Shown here one piece after another: positions 1-9,786 of a stretch of 64,000 nucleotides of DNA (positions within the stretch are counted from its first letter, which is position 1; each line of letters opens with the position of its first letter). The position numbers and the translations under genes are program-made. The DNA is taken from contig VYAQ01000316.1 of NCBI GenBank assembly GCA_009844885.1, forward strand, positions 21,168-85,167, given 5' to 3'. Source of the DNA: Gemmatimonadota bacterium. Lineage in GTDB: Bacteria; Gemmatimonadota; Gemmatimonadetes; Longimicrobiales; Gaopeijiaceae. The notes under the pieces were generated by a model. That model did not search any database. It had not been told where the DNA came from and was given only the letters and a program-made list of their open reading frames with translations.

Positions 1-622
1 CCTCGTGCGCCACCTTCAGGCCCTCGAGGATGTCGGTCTCCGGAACCTGAATGGCTCCCCCCTCGACCATCACGATCGCGCTTGCCGAGCCCGCCACGAC
101 GATGTCGACATCGGCATACTCGAGCTGCAGGAAGGTGGGATTCACCACCCAGTTGCCCTGTATCCTCCCGATGCGCACCGACGCCACCGGGGTGCGGAAC
201 GGGATGACCGACGTGTTGAGCGCCACGGACGCGCCAATCAGCGTAAGCACGTCGGCATCGTTTTCCTGGTCGGCGCTCAGGACCTGAGCGTGGATCTGGG
301 TCTCGTGAAAGAAGCCGTTCGGAAAGAGCGGGCGCAGGGTGCGGTCCGTCAGCCTGGAGGACAGGACCTCCTTCTCCTGAGGCGCGCCCTCGCGTTTGAA
401 GAACCCGCCGGGGATCTTTCCGGCCGCGTATGCTTTCTCGCGGTATTCCACGGTAAGGGGGAAAAAGGGGAGATGGGTCGGCCTGTCCTGCACGGTGGCC
501 GTCACCAGTACTACGGTTTCGCCGAATTGGACGAGGCAGGCCCCGTGCGCGAGCCGGGCCATGCGGCCCACCTCGAGGACCAGCCGCCGACCGGCGAACT
601 GTCGTTCGATTCTGTCTGTCAT
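1..622 (-). CDS. pnp: Polyribonucleotide nucleotidyltransferase (PNPase), N-terminal part; gene continues beyond left edge
   Basis: Hand translation of the minus strand from ATG 622..620 gives MTDRIERQFAGRRLVLEVGRMARLAHGACLVQFGETVVLVTATVQDRPTHLPFFPLTVEYREKAYAAGKIPGGFFKREGAPQEKEVL, the first RNase-PH-like domain of PNPase. It lies directly downstream of rpsO as in the conserved rpsO-pnp pair. It is absent from the ORF track because no stop lies inside the window. Confidence 0.9.
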   Translation of the reverse strand, partial: MTDRIERQFAGRRLVLEVGRMARLAHGACLVQFGETVVLVTATVQDRPTHLPFFPLTVEYREKAYAAGKIPGGFFKREGAPQEKEVLSSRLTDRTLRPLFPNGFFHETQIHAQVLSADQENDADVLTLIGASVALNTSVIPFRTPVASVRIGRIQGNWVVNPTFLQLEYADVDIVVAGSASAIVMVEGGAIQVPETDILEGLKVAHE

Positions 623-748
623 TTTCTCTTCCGGGATTGCCGCAGAGAACCTGCGGCGAAGGTGGGCTGCGGCACTACCGGTGCGGGGCTGCCCGATGGG
701 GCACCGCGTCGCGCCGATGGCGGAAGGACGCTTCCATGTCCGCGCCGG

Positions 749-1009
749 TCAATGGCGCAGCCCGAGGTCTTTGATCAATTCGCGGTATCCGTCCAGATCG
801 GTCCGCTTGAGGTACTCGAGGAGCCGGCGGCGGCGTCCAACCATCTTCAGGAGGCCACGGCGGCTGTGGTGGTCGTGCTTGTGGGCGTCGAAATGGCTGC
901 GCAGGTGATTGATCCTGGCAGTGAGAAGGGCGACCTGGACCTGGGTACTGCCGGCCCCGTTCTCGTGGGGCTGGTACTTGCCTACGATCTCTTGCTTGTC
1001 GATACCCAT
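749..1009 (-). CDS. rpsO: 30S ribosomal protein S15
   Basis: 86-aa [74 protein letters not shown], a full-length S15 signature. Confidence 0.97.
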   Translation of the reverse strand: MGIDKQEIVGKYQPHENGAGSTQVQVALLTARINHLRSHFDAHKHDHHSRRGLLKMVGRRRRLLEYLKRTDLDGYRELIKDLGLRH

Positions 1010-1063
1010 TCTGTTCCCGTGTCTTCTCTTCCCGTCTCTTCCCCATTTCTCGGACAGCCTTTA

Positions 1064-1092
1064 AACATAGTCGATGCCGAAACGGCACACAA
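1064..1092 (-). promoter_or_regulatory. Candidate sigma-70-type promoter for rpsO (TTGTGT-17 nt-TATGTT)
   Basis: On the minus strand, TTGTGT (1092..1087), a 17-nt spacer and TATGTT (1069..1064) lie about 55 nt upstream of the rpsO ATG in the 140-nt ribF-rpsO gap. Found by eye only; the promoter consensus of this lineage is unknown. Confidence 0.25.
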
Positions 1093-1149
1093 CTGCAACT
1101 TCGGCCCCAGGTTGAGCGCGGCCTACCGGCGGAGAAACCGGACCGGATT

Positions 1150-2106
1150 TCAAGTCACCGGTACCGGGAACAAGCGACGCTCCAGGAGCTTCCGGGTGTG
1201 CGCCACGTCGCCCCGCATCTGGTCTGCCAGGGCCGCTGCCGAAGCGAACGCTACCACCGGGCGCAGGTATTCGATCATGTCCACGTGGATCGTCTGCCCG
1301 CATAGATCGGCGTTGAAATCGAGCAGGTGCACCTCGACGGAAGCGCTGGCGTCCGGGAACGTCGGACGTTCTCCGATATGGAGCGCGCCCATGAATCTGC
1401 CCTGGGGCACGGTGGCGAAACACGCGTAGATGCCCTGGGCGGGGATGAGTTTGTCGGTCCCCGCAACGTGGAGGTTGGCGGTCGGAAACCCCAGATCCTG
1501 TCCTCGCCCGTCTCCCCGGACAACGGTGCCGCTCAGGGAGTACGGCCGACCCAGCCAGCGGTTGGCATCCGCCAGCCGCCCTTCGAGGAGCGCCCGCCGA
1601 ATCGACGAGGACGAGACCGCGGCGGGGCCGGATTGGACCGCTTGCACGACATCGAGTTGAAACCCCCGTTCGGCGGCGATCGCACGGAGCGTATTGACGT
1701 CCCCGGATCGTCCTCGTCCGAAGCCGTGATCGTACCCGATGACGAGATGACTCATCCCCAGCCGCCGCACCAGGACTTCGTCTACGAACCGGCGCGGCGA
1801 GAATTCGCGAAGCTCGGGCGTGAACGCCAGGAAGACCAGGTAATCGAGCCGGCTGGATGCGAGAACGGCCTTCTTCTCGTCCGGCGTGGTCAGCAGCGGT
1901 GGTGCGGCTTCGGGTCGTACCACCCGCAGCGGATGCGGATCGAAGGTAACCAGGACACTGCGCCCGCCCCGCGCCGACGCCCGCTCGCAGACTTCCTCCA
2001 GGACCCGCCAATGCCCCCGGTGGACTCCGTCGAACGTACCCACGGTCACGACGACGGGACAATCGTCCCGCGGGAGCCCGGAGCGTCTCGACCGAATCAC
2101 CGTCAT
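1150..2106 (-). CDS. ribF: Bifunctional riboflavin kinase / FMN adenylyltransferase
   Basis: The start is placed at internal ATG 2106 (MTVIRSRRSGLPRDDCPVVVTVGTFDGVHRGHWRVLEEV). The GTFDGVHRGH motif is followed by the riboflavin-kinase C-terminal domain (GRPYSLSGTVVRGDGRGQDLGFPTANL). ATGA overlap with the truB stop at 2103-2106. The 447-aa track ORF is an over-extension. Confidence 0.9.
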   Translation of the reverse strand: MTVIRSRRSGLPRDDCPVVVTVGTFDGVHRGHWRVLEEVCERASARGGRSVLVTFDPHPLRVVRPEAAPPLLTTPDEKKAVLASSRLDYLVFLAFTPELREFSPRRFVDEVLVRRLGMSHLVIGYDHGFGRGRSGDVNTLRAIAAERGFQLDVVQAVQSGPAAVSSSSIRRALLEGRLADANRWLGRPYSLSGTVVRGDGRGQDLGFPTANLHVAGTDKLIPAQGIYACFATVPQGRFMGALHIGERPTFPDASASVEVHLLDFNADLCGQTIHVDMIEYLRPVVAFASAAALADQMRGDVAHTRKLLERRLFPVPVT

Positions 2107-2984
2107 GCCCCCGGTCTCCCGGGCTCGTGGAAGACCTTTCTGGGCTGAAGCACTCCGTCGCGAACCGCCCCGACCGCCACCAGCTGTTCGCCCGGCAGTA
2201 CGAAGATGGCCGCGCTTCGGTCGGGCACGTCCCCACGGATCCGCCTCCCGTCGGCCAGCTTCGCCGCCTCCTCGACACCGACATTTACCCGCGGCAGATG
2301 CGACAGGGCGGACACGGCCCCGACCCAGGCTTCCTGCCGCGGCTCTCCCGCCTCGACGGAAGCGAGCGATGCCGCGTGGCGCACATGGAGCGACCCGACC
2401 CGGGTCCGGCGCAGCTCCGCGAGGTGGCAGGACGTCCCCAGCCGCTTGCCGAACTCGACCGACAGCGACCGCACATAGGTGCCGCTGGAGCATGCAACCC
2501 GAACGAGCACCCGGGGCGGCACATAGTCGAGGATCTCGAAGCTGCCGAGCGTTATCTGCCGGGGACTGAGCACCACGCGCTCACCCCGGCGCGCGCGCCG
2601 GTGGGCCGGTACTCCGTCGACCTTCACCGCGGAGTACACGGGTGGCACCTGGCTCATGCGGCCGACCATTCCGGCCGCGGCCGCCTCCAGCTGCTCCCGC
2701 TTCAACGAGGTCCAGTTGTCGTCTTCGGCGATCCGCACGCCGTCGCGGTCGTGTGAATCGGTGGCCGCGCCGAGCCGGGCGGTCGCCCGGTAGGTCTTGT
2801 CAAATCCCACGAGGTACTCGAGCAGGCGGGTCGCCTTCCCCACCGCGAGCACGAGAAGCCCGGTGGCAAAGGGATCGAGCGTTCCCGCGTGACCAACCCT
2901 TCGCACACCCAGTCCCCGGCGCGCCGCTGCAACCACGTCGTGGGACGTGACCCCGGCCGGCTTGTCGACCAGAAGGAAACGCAT
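2103..2984 (-). CDS. truB: tRNA pseudouridine(55) synthase
   Basis: MRFLLVDKPAGVTSHDVVAAARRGLGVRRVGHAGTLDPFATGLLVLAVGKATRL contains the TruB catalytic-Asp motif GTLDP. An alternative TTG start at 3005 would give a TTGA overlap with the rbfA stop. Confidence 0.9.
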   Translation of the reverse strand: MRFLLVDKPAGVTSHDVVAAARRGLGVRRVGHAGTLDPFATGLLVLAVGKATRLLEYLVGFDKTYRATARLGAATDSHDRDGVRIAEDDNWTSLKREQLEAAAAGMVGRMSQVPPVYSAVKVDGVPAHRRARRGERVVLSPRQITLGSFEILDYVPPRVLVRVACSSGTYVRSLSVEFGKRLGTSCHLAELRRTRVGSLHVRHAASLASVEAGEPRQEAWVGAVSALSHLPRVNVGVEEAAKLADGRRIRGDVPDRSAAIFVLPGEQLVAVGAVRDGVLQPRKVFHEPGRPGA

Positions 2985-3001
2985 GGCACCCGGCACAGCC
3001 T

Positions 3002-3367
3002 TCAAGGTTCGTCCGGCCCGCCGCCGGGAGGCATCACATCGCGCAGTATGGCTTCGATCCGCCGACCGTCCTCGATCGTCGTATCACGCTGAAACCGCAG
3101 CTCGGGCACGCGCCGGATCCTGAGTTCGCGCCCGAGCACCGAACGCAGAAACGGCGCCGCGCGTCCGAGCGCCGCCAGAGTGCGGTCCTGTTGATCCAGC
3201 GAGCCGTGGAGTTCGACGTACACGCGGGCCAGCCACAGGTCCTCGGTCACATCCACCCCGGTAACCGTCAGCGACCCCACGTCGGGATCGCGAAGCTGGT
3301 ACTGGATTCTGGTCGACAGTTCCCGGCGAAGCTGCTCCCCCAGGCGTGAAAGACGCCGGCCGGACAT
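3002..3367 (-). CDS. rbfA: Ribosome-binding factor A
   Basis: Internal ATG 3367: MSGRRLSRLGEQLRRELSTRIQYQLRDPDVGSLTVTGVDVTEDLWLARVYV. The size (~121 aa) and position after infB are typical. The start overlaps the stop of the upstream DUF503 gene (TGATG). Confidence 0.88.
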   Translation of the reverse strand: MSGRRLSRLGEQLRRELSTRIQYQLRDPDVGSLTVTGVDVTEDLWLARVYVELHGSLDQQDRTLAALGRAAPFLRSVLGRELRIRRVPELRFQRDTTIEDGRRIEAILRDVMPPGGGPDEP

Positions 3368-3645
3368 CAGTACCGCTCGGTCGAGTTGGCAACCACCACC
3401 GCGCCCCTCGCGCCGGCCACGCGGCGGTCGACCGACTCCAGGATCGAATCGGCCTGCGCGGCGTGCGCCGCCAGGAAGGCCACCGAGATCCGGGCTTGAT
3501 TGCGCGCGTCCTGAAGTCCCGACTCGACGACCGACACGTTCATCCGCGCGAGCCTGTCCTTGAGCGAGCGCAGGACGGACCGTTTCTGCTTCAGCGAGGA
3601 CGACCCCGGCATGGACAGATCCCAGGTAGCCACTGTGACGACCAC
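3367..3645 (-). CDS. DUF503 (YlxP-like) protein
   Basis: GTG 3645: VVVTVATWDLSMPGSSSLKQKRSVLRSLKDRLARMNVSVVESGLQDARNQARISVAFLAAH. This resembles the DUF503 pattern (hLPgshSLKeKR..l+sl.d+l+..fnvSvaE) and sits in the conserved slot between infB and rbfA. The exact start is uncertain. Confidence 0.7.
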   Translation of the reverse strand: MVVTVATWDLSMPGSSSLKQKRSVLRSLKDRLARMNVSVVESGLQDARNQARISVAFLAAHAAQADSILESVDRRVAGARGAVVVANSTERY

Positions 3646-3680
3646 CGAGGGCCGCGGGGCCGCTGCGGTCCGGGGTTCGC

Positions 3681-6470
3681 TCAACCCCGCTCGGCGCCCG
3701 CCAAGGTGCGGGCAACCTCCTGCACCTGGTAGGTCTCCACGACGTCGCCCACCTTCAGATCGTTGAAGTTTGCGATGCCGATCCCGCATTCGAAGCCTTC
3801 CTTCACCTCCCGGACGTCCTCCTTGAAGCGCCTTAGCGATCCGATCTCACCGTCGTAGATCACAACGCCGTCGCGGATGACGCGTGCGTGGCCGCCGCGC
3901 TGCACCACGCCCTCCACGATGTAGCTTCCGGCAATGGTGCCGACGCCGCGGATCTTGAAGATGACCCGGGCCTCCGCCGCCCCGACGACGCTCTCGCGCC
4001 GCTCGGGCGCCAGGAGTCCCTCGAGCGCGGCCCTGACGTCGTCCACCGCCTCGTAGATCACGTCGTAGACCTGGATGTCGACGGCTTCGCGCGACGAAGC
4101 CTGGCGTGCCAGTGCGTCCGGGCGGACACGGAAACCGACGACGACCGCGCCGGCGGCGAGCGCGAGCATCACGTCGGACTCGTTGACCGCGCCGACGCCG
4201 CGATGGATGATCTCCACCTGCACCTCCTGCGTCGACAACTGCTCCAGGGCGTCGCAAAGCGCCTGGACGGACCCGTCCACGTCGCCCTTGACGACCAGGC
4301 GCAGCGTCCCGACGTCACCCGCCGCCAGCAGCTGCGTGAAGTCGCCGAGCTTGATGCCCCGCTGCTTGATGCGCAGCTGTTTCTCCCGGTCGAGCCGCTG
4401 CCGGTTGGCGGCGATGGAGGCTGCCTTGTCGGCTCCCATCACCTGGAGCACGTCACCGGCCTGGGGTACTCCGGCCAAACCGAGTATCTGCACCGGGATC
4501 CCCGGGCCCACGGCGTCGACGCCCTGGCCGCGTTCGTCAAGCAGCGCGCGCACGCGGCCGTCGTGCAGTCCCACCACGAAGCTGTCCCCGACACGCAGGG
4601 TTCCGCTCTGCACGAGAATCGTCGCCAGGGGTCCCTTGCCGATGTCCAGTTCGGCCTCGACCACAGTACCCACGGCGTCGCGGGCCGGGTTCGCCTGGAG
4701 TTCGAGGATCTCGGCCTGAAGGAGAACTTTTTCCAGCAGGTCGTCCATGCCCTCGCCCGTCTTGGCGGACACCTCCGCAACAAGTGTCTCTCCGCCGAAG
4801 TCCTCGACCGTAACCTCGTGTTGGAGCAGGTCCTGGCGGACCTTGTCGGCATTCGCGGTGGGCAGGTCGATCTTGTTGATGGCGACCACCATGGGAACGC
4901 CGGCGGTCTTCGCGTGGCTGATCGCCTCGACCGTTTGCGGCATCACCGCGTCATCGGCGGCGACGACGAGAACTACCAGGTCCGTGACGTCCGCGCCACG
5001 TGCGCGCATGGCCGTGAATGCGGCGTGCCCGGGCGTGTCGAGGAACGAGATGGTGCGGGCGTCGTCGAGTTCGACGTGATACGCGCCGATGTGCTGGGTG
5101 ATGCCTCCGGCCTCGCCAGCCACGACGTTGGTATCGCGGATCCAGTCGAGAAGCTTGGTCTTTCCGTGGTCCACGTGCCCCATGACGGTCACGACCGGTG
5201 GGCGCGGACGCAGATCCGCGGGATCGTCCTGCTCGGCCTCCGCCTCCGACGGGGGCAGATAGTCGGTCTCGCGAACCGCGGTAAAGCCGAATCCTTCGAG
5301 CAGCAGTTCGATCTGATCGAAATCGAGCCTCTGATTGATGGTGACCATAAGGCTCATGTTCTTGAACGCCCACCCGATGATCTCGGTCGGGGAGACGTCC
5401 ATGAGCTCCGCGAGTTCGGCGACGGTGAGGAATTCGTTGACGCGTACGGTCCGTGCCTCGACGGACCTGGCCTCGGCGGCCCGTTCCTCGGCCGCAACCC
5501 GCTCCTCCTTGGCCGCGGCCACCGCACCCTTCCCCTTCTTGCGCTTCCTCTTGCCCCCCTTGATCTCGGCCATGACCCGCTGGATGTTCTGCCTCGCCAC
5601 GTCGCGGTCGGCACCCTTGCGGCGGCGGCCTTTCTTGCGCGCTCTCTTGCGACGGCCGTCCGACGTATAGCCTTCCGCCTGGATCCGCACGCGCCCGCCG
5701 GGACCCGCACTTGCGGCAGGCTCGGGTTTGCCCGCAGCGGCAGGCTGCGCAACGCCGGGCCGGTCTCGCGCGCGGGTCGGCTTGAAGCCGGTGCGGGCGG
5801 CAACGGGCGGCTCGGGCCGGGGAAGCGCGGCGTCCGCGTCCGCGGCGGCGTCCGTTCCGTCCACCAGTGAAAGCTCGGGTTCGGTTTCGGGGATCTCGGA
5901 TACCGCCAACTCGCCTTCTTCGGCCGGACTCTCGGCCGTGGGGACCCCCGGGACATCGTCCACCGGAGCTGCAGCGGCTGCAGCGGCCGGTTCATCGGCC
6001 GACGGCGCTTCAGGCCTCTGGACCTCCGTCCCCTCCGCAGTCTGCACGGACTCGGCTTCGCGGGGCTCGGCCGCTTCCACAGGTTCAGTCGCGGACGCCT
6101 CCGGGGCGGTGGCAGCTTCCAGTGTGGCAGCCGGGGCCGCCCCGTCGGTGGCGGCCTCGTCGGCGGCAACCGCGTCTTCCGGTGCCTCCGCAACCGCCGT
6201 TTGCGGCTCGACCGTGGCACGGCGGCGAGAGGGTACCCGCCGACGGCGGCGGCTCACCGGCCTCCGGGCCTTGACCGCAGCGCTCATCACATCGGCGGCT
6301 TCGCCGTGACCCGCCCTGCGTTCCCGCTCGAGACGCGTGCGTATCAGGGCTACGTCAACGTCCCTGATCGGGGCGTCGGCGTGGCCCACACGCACCCCCG
6401 ACTCCCGCAGAAACCTCAGGAGCACATCGGCATTGACCTTGAGGTCCGTCGCCAGTTCCTTCACCCGCAT
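3681..6470 (-). CDS. infB: Translation initiation factor IF-2
   Basis: Start ATG 6470 ([21 protein letters not shown], the IF2 N-terminal domain). The GTPase motifs [13 protein letters not shown] and NKID are present, and an A/E/P-rich low-complexity linker is followed by a K/R-rich block. The start overlaps the nusA stop by 1 nt. The 1041-aa track ORF is over-extended. Confidence 0.93.
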   Translation of the reverse strand: MRVKELATDLKVNADVLLRFLRESGVRVGHADAPIRDVDVALIRTRLERERRAGHGEAADVMSAAVKARRPVSRRRRRVPSRRRATVEPQTAVAEAPEDAVAADEAATDGAAPAATLEAATAPEASATEPVEAAEPREAESVQTAEGTEVQRPEAPSADEPAAAAAAAPVDDVPGVPTAESPAEEGELAVSEIPETEPELSLVDGTDAAADADAALPRPEPPVAARTGFKPTRARDRPGVAQPAAAGKPEPAASAGPGGRVRIQAEGYTSDGRRKRARKKGRRRKGADRDVARQNIQRVMAEIKGGKRKRKKGKGAVAAAKEERVAAEERAAEARSVEARTVRVNEFLTVAELAELMDVSPTEIIGWAFKNMSLMVTINQRLDFDQIELLLEGFGFTAVRETDYLPPSEAEAEQDDPADLRPRPPVVTVMGHVDHGKTKLLDWIRDTNVVAGEAGGITQHIGAYHVELDDARTISFLDTPGHAAFTAMRARGADVTDLVVLVVAADDAVMPQTVEAISHAKTAGVPMVVAINKIDLPTANADKVRQDLLQHEVTVEDFGGETLVAEVSAKTGEGMDDLLEKVLLQAEILELQANPARDAVGTVVEAELDIGKGPLATILVQSGTLRVGDSFVVGLHDGRVRALLDERGQGVDAVGPGIPVQILGLAGVPQAGDVLQVMGADKAASIAANRQRLDREKQLRIKQRGIKLGDFTQLLAAGDVGTLRLVVKGDVDGSVQALCDALEQLSTQEVQVEIIHRGVGAVNESDVMLALAAGAVVVGFRVRPDALARQASSREAVDIQVYDVIYEAVDDVRAALEGLLAPERRESVVGAAEARVIFKIRGVGTIAGSYIVEGVVQRGGHARVIRDGVVIYDGEIGSLRRFKEDVREVKEGFECGIGIANFNDLKVGDVVETYQVQEVARTLAGAERG

Positions 6471-7816
6471 CAGGCCGGTCCACCCCCTCCGCCCGCTGGC
6501 TCCTCGCCGGAGCGAGCGGACTCCGAGTCGACCACGGTGAGGTCTTCGATCAGGGCGAGGAGCCGCGCTGCCGCGTCCTCGGTCACCCCGTCGACGGCCA
6601 GGAAATCCGCGCGGTCCAGGTCGATGATGTCGAGGAAGCTGTCGTAGCCGGCCGACGCCAGCGCGTTCAGCGTCGATGCGTCCAGCGAAAGCTCGCTCAG
6701 CGGGAAGTCGGCCGTTTCGTATGAATCCGCTTCTTCCTCCACGAACAGCGACATGTCGGCGCCGCGTTCCAGCCACTCGCGCGAGCCGTAGAGATCGATC
6801 TGCCATCCGATCAGCTGAGATGCCAGGCGCACGTTCTGCCCGTTCCTGCCGATTGCAAGCGAGAGCTGGTCCTCGTCGACGATGGCCGTGACGACCTGCC
6901 GCGCGGAATCCGAGACGACCTTTGCCACACGGGCCGGCGCCAGCGCCCGCCGTGCGAAAATCTCCGGGTCCGGATGCCAGGGCACGATGTCGATCCGCTC
7001 GCCACCCAATTCCGAAACCACGGCCTGCACCCTCGACCCCTTGAGACCCACGCAGGCCCCCACCGGATCGATGGATTCATCGCGGCTGTGTACAGCGATC
7101 TTGGTCCGGCCCCCGACCTCCCGGGTCAACTCCTTGATGTCGACGATCCCCTGCTGGATCTCGGGCACCTCCAGGTTGAACAGGGCGGCCACGAAGAGCG
7201 GGTCCGAGCGCGAGAAGATCAGACGGGGACCCTTTGGAGTCTCATCGACCTTCTTGAGCACGGCCCGTATGGATTCGCCCTGCCGGAAGCGTTCACGGGG
7301 GTTCTGCTCCTTCCACGGAATGATCGCCTCCGCCTCTCTGGTGCGGTTGAGAAGCAGGACGATCTTGCCGCGCTCGATCTGCTGTACCTCACCGGAGAGC
7401 AGGTCGCCGACCCGATCGGTGTACTCGTCACGGATACGCTGACGCTCGCCCTCGCGGACCAGCTGCACGATTCGCTGCTTGGCCGCCATGACGGCGTTGC
7501 GCCCGAACTCGGAGAAGTCCACGGGGATCTCCATAACGTCGCCGACCTCGTAGGTGGGATCGTCCCAGCGGGCCTCCTCGACGGAAATCTCCGACGACTC
7601 GTCCTCGACCGTTGCGACCACCCGCTTGAGCACCAGCATGTCGATCTCGCCCGTGCGCTGGTCCACATCGATCTCGGTGTCGACGTTGGCGCCGAATATC
7701 CGGGCCAGACCGGCGTGGATGGCCTCCTTGACCAGCACGTCCACCTCGTCGGAATCGAGGTCCTTCGCCTTGGCGATTGCACCGACCGCCTGACCGATCA
7801 GGGAGGAGTCCGTCAT
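6470..7816 (-). CDS. nusA: Transcription termination/antitermination factor NusA
   Basis: MTDSSLIGQAVGAIAKAKDLDSDEVDVLVKEAIHAGL, followed by S1 and two KH regions (GACVGLKGSRVQAVVSELGGERIDIV; LSLAIGRNGQNVRLASQL) and a C-terminal HhH-like acidic repeat. ATG 7816 forms an ATGA overlap with the rimP stop. Confidence 0.95.
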   Translation of the reverse strand: MTDSSLIGQAVGAIAKAKDLDSDEVDVLVKEAIHAGLARIFGANVDTEIDVDQRTGEIDMLVLKRVVATVEDESSEISVEEARWDDPTYEVGDVMEIPVDFSEFGRNAVMAAKQRIVQLVREGERQRIRDEYTDRVGDLLSGEVQQIERGKIVLLLNRTREAEAIIPWKEQNPRERFRQGESIRAVLKKVDETPKGPRLIFSRSDPLFVAALFNLEVPEIQQGIVDIKELTREVGGRTKIAVHSRDESIDPVGACVGLKGSRVQAVVSELGGERIDIVPWHPDPEIFARRALAPARVAKVVSDSARQVVTAIVDEDQLSLAIGRNGQNVRLASQLIGWQIDLYGSREWLERGADMSLFVEEEADSYETADFPLSELSLDASTLNALASAGYDSFLDIIDLDRADFLAVDGVTEDAAARLLALIEDLTVVDSESARSGEEPAGGGGGPA

Positions 7817-8334
7817 CGTGCATTCCATTCATGGACCAGGCGCGCATTCGCAACGCGTGAACGCGGAACCTCGATTTCGTGGCCACCGCTCAGCCGCATG
7901 AGGATCGACCCGGCACTCTCCTTATCACCCGCAAACCCCAGCAGCGTCCCCTCGATTCGCGAGGCACCCCCCGAAATCGGTTCGGTTCCCTGCACGGCGA
8001 TCTTCCGCCCGCGAAACCGGCGAAAGTCCCGAGCGCGCGTAAGGGGACGCTCAAGCCCCGGCGACGAAACCTCGAGCACGTAGCGATCGGGTATCCTGAC
8101 ATCCGAATCGAGCCACGCTTCCATCCCACGGCTCACCGCCGTGCAATCGCCGAGGGAGACCGGCCGGTCCAGGGTGGAACGTTCCACGCGAAGCCTGATG
8201 ACCGGACGATGAGCGCGCCCCGCCCACTCGACCTGTACCAGATCGTACCCCAGGCGGAAGAGTCGCTCCTCGAACTCCCGCTGAAGCTCGGCCCGGCTTG
8301 CGTTCACGTCTTTCACCCTTTCATCAACGGACAA
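7813..8334 (-). CDS. rimP: Ribosome maturation factor RimP
   Basis: RLGYDLVQVEWAGRAHRPVIRLRVE...VLEVSSPGLERPLTRARDFRRFRGRKIAV matches the RimP pattern (SSPGl-RpL). It occupies the first position of the nusA-infB operon. The track start at 8334 is TTG; in-frame GTGs at 8316 and 8307 are alternatives. Confidence 0.85.
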   Translation of the reverse strand: MSVDERVKDVNASRAELQREFEERLFRLGYDLVQVEWAGRAHRPVIRLRVERSTLDRPVSLGDCTAVSRGMEAWLDSDVRIPDRYVLEVSSPGLERPLTRARDFRRFRGRKIAVQGTEPISGGASRIEGTLLGFAGDKESAGSILMRLSGGHEIEVPRSRVANARLVHEWNAR

Positions 8335-8360
8335 AAAAAGCGGGGGATGCCATCTCCCCC
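8335..8360 (-). terminator. Possible intrinsic terminator after murA
   Basis: The minus strand reads GGGGGAGATGGCATCCCCC GCTTTTTTTGT. That is a 6-bp GC stem (8360..8355 pairing with 8347..8342), a 7-nt loop, then a run of 7 T (8339..8333). It is the only long T-run I noticed in this GC-rich window and sits between the murA stop and the rimP start. Confidence 0.45.
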
Positions 8361-8424
8361 ACTTGGAAAGGCCGCAGCGGCCCGTCAGCCACCAAGGTAT
8401 TATAGCTGTGACGGAGTTCGCCGG

Positions 8425-9702
8425 TCAATCACGACGTTCGATGCTTGCTCCAAGGGCTCTGAGACGCTGGTCGATCCTCTCGTAGCCCCGTTCAATCTGG
8501 CCTACGTTGCGGATCCAGCTCTGACCGGTTGCGCCCAGCGCGGCAATCAGGATCGCCATGCCGGCACGGATGTCCGGGCTCTCCAAACGCGTGCCCCGCA
8601 GTTGCGAAGGGCCGACGACGACCACGCGATGCGGGTCGCACAGCACGATGCGCGCACCCATGGATACCAGCTTGTCGGTAAAGAACATGCGCGATTCGAA
8701 CATCTTCTCGTGAATCAGGATGGTTCCGCGCGCCTGCGTGGCCGCGACGACCGCGATCGACGTGAGGTCCGCGGGAAACGCGGGCCACGGGCCGTCGTCC
8801 ACCTTCGGCAAGTGCCCGAAGGCATCCATCCGGATCACTGGTTCCTCGCGCCCGTCGACGATCAGGTCGCGTCCGTCCACCCGACACTCGATTCCGAGTC
8901 GCCGAAAACCGATGAGGATGGAATCGAGATGGTCCAACGGCGCATCCTCGATCACCAGCCTGCTCCTGGTGGCCGCGGCGAGGCCGATGAACGACCCGGT
9001 CTCCACGTGGTCCGCGCCAATCGTGTAGTCGGCTCGCCCCAGTGAAGACGCGCCGCGAATGACCAGGTTGGAAGTCCCGATTCCGGATATGCTTGCCCCC
9101 ATCGCGTTCAGCAGATGGCACAGATCCTGTACATGGGGCTCGGCCGCAGCGTTCCTGATGACCGTCTCGCCGTCGGCCAGGGAGGCGGCCATGACGGCAT
9201 TCTCGGTGGCGGTCACGGAGGGCTCGTCGAGGAACATGTCGGCGCCGACCAGGGAGTGGGCGCGGATATCGAGGCCGGAAGAGGTCTCGACCTCCGCCCC
9301 GAGTGCCCGGAATGCAAGCAGGTGCGTGTCGAGACGGCGGCGCCCGATGACGTCGCCGCCTGGCGGGGGGAGCGACAGGGAGCCGAAACGCGCGAGCAGG
9401 GGTCCGGCCAGCAGAATCGATGCCCGGATGCGTTCGGCCAAGGCCGGGTCGAGTTCGCCGGCGATGGCATTGGCGGCATCGACCCTGACCTCGTTGGCTC
9501 CGGTCCACGTGATGTCGGCACCCAGCGAATCCATGATTTCAAGCAGGGTGGCAACGTCACGGATGCGGGGGACGTTGCGAACGGTGACGGGCTCGGCGGA
9601 CATCATGGTCGCGGCAAGCACCGGGAGGGCCGCGTTCTTGTTCCCGCCGGGACGGATGGTCCCGCCCAGTTCCCGTCCGCCGCTCACGATGAATGATGGC
9701 AT
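8425..9702 (-). CDS. murA: UDP-N-acetylglucosamine 1-carboxyvinyltransferase
   Basis: ATG 9702: MPSFIVSGGRELGGTIRPGGNKNAALPVLAATMMSAEPVTVRNVPRIRDV. Canonical MurA N-terminus and length (~425 aa). An upstream ATG at 9744 is a less likely start. Confidence 0.93.
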   Translation of the reverse strand: MPSFIVSGGRELGGTIRPGGNKNAALPVLAATMMSAEPVTVRNVPRIRDVATLLEIMDSLGADITWTGANEVRVDAANAIAGELDPALAERIRASILLAGPLLARFGSLSLPPPGGDVIGRRRLDTHLLAFRALGAEVETSSGLDIRAHSLVGADMFLDEPSVTATENAVMAASLADGETVIRNAAAEPHVQDLCHLLNAMGASISGIGTSNLVIRGASSLGRADYTIGADHVETGSFIGLAAATRSRLVIEDAPLDHLDSILIGFRRLGIECRVDGRDLIVDGREEPVIRMDAFGHLPKVDDGPWPAFPADLTSIAVVAATQARGTILIHEKMFESRMFFTDKLVSMGARIVLCDPHRVVVVGPSQLRGTRLESPDIRAGMAILIAALGATGQSWIRNVGQIERGYERIDQRLRALGASIERRD

Positions 9703-9786
9703 GGGTGGAAGATACCGCTGGATCGGTTCCCGCTGAAGGCCCATATTTGGCCGGGACCCGCAGCGACTTCATCCGGTGGCCACGCA

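Noticed and set aside
5-1429. 474-aa plus-strand ORF spanning the left end of the window
   Set aside because: It is antisense to three well-supported genes (pnp, rpsO, ribF). Its composition is Arg/Gly/Ala/His-rich with no recognisable motif. This is the typical stop-free shadow frame of high-GC DNA.
1150-2493. N-terminally extended track ORFs: 1150-2493, 3002-3715, 3681-6806, 21673-22821, 26306-27247, 29564-30511, 30247-31752, 43003-44784, 47226-48650, 47774-49372, 50965-52236 and 59338-60168
   Set aside because: The extensions overlap the preceding gene, are Arg/Gly/Pro-rich, and precede the conserved N-terminus of the recognised family. Internal starts with overlaps or SDs were chosen instead.
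3888-5870. 660-aa plus-strand ORF, plus several 100-300-aa ORFs in both directions between 3.8 and 6.8 kb
   Set aside because: All overlap infB, whose GTPase motifs are unambiguous. They are Arg/Asp/His/Gly-rich and have no SD or known domain.
5650-6250. Apparent repetitive GC-rich tract (gcc/gcg/ccg repeats), considered as a tandem repeat or CRISPR-like element
   Set aside because: It encodes the Ala/Glu/Pro-rich low-complexity linker of IF-2. No regular repeat-spacer periodicity is present.
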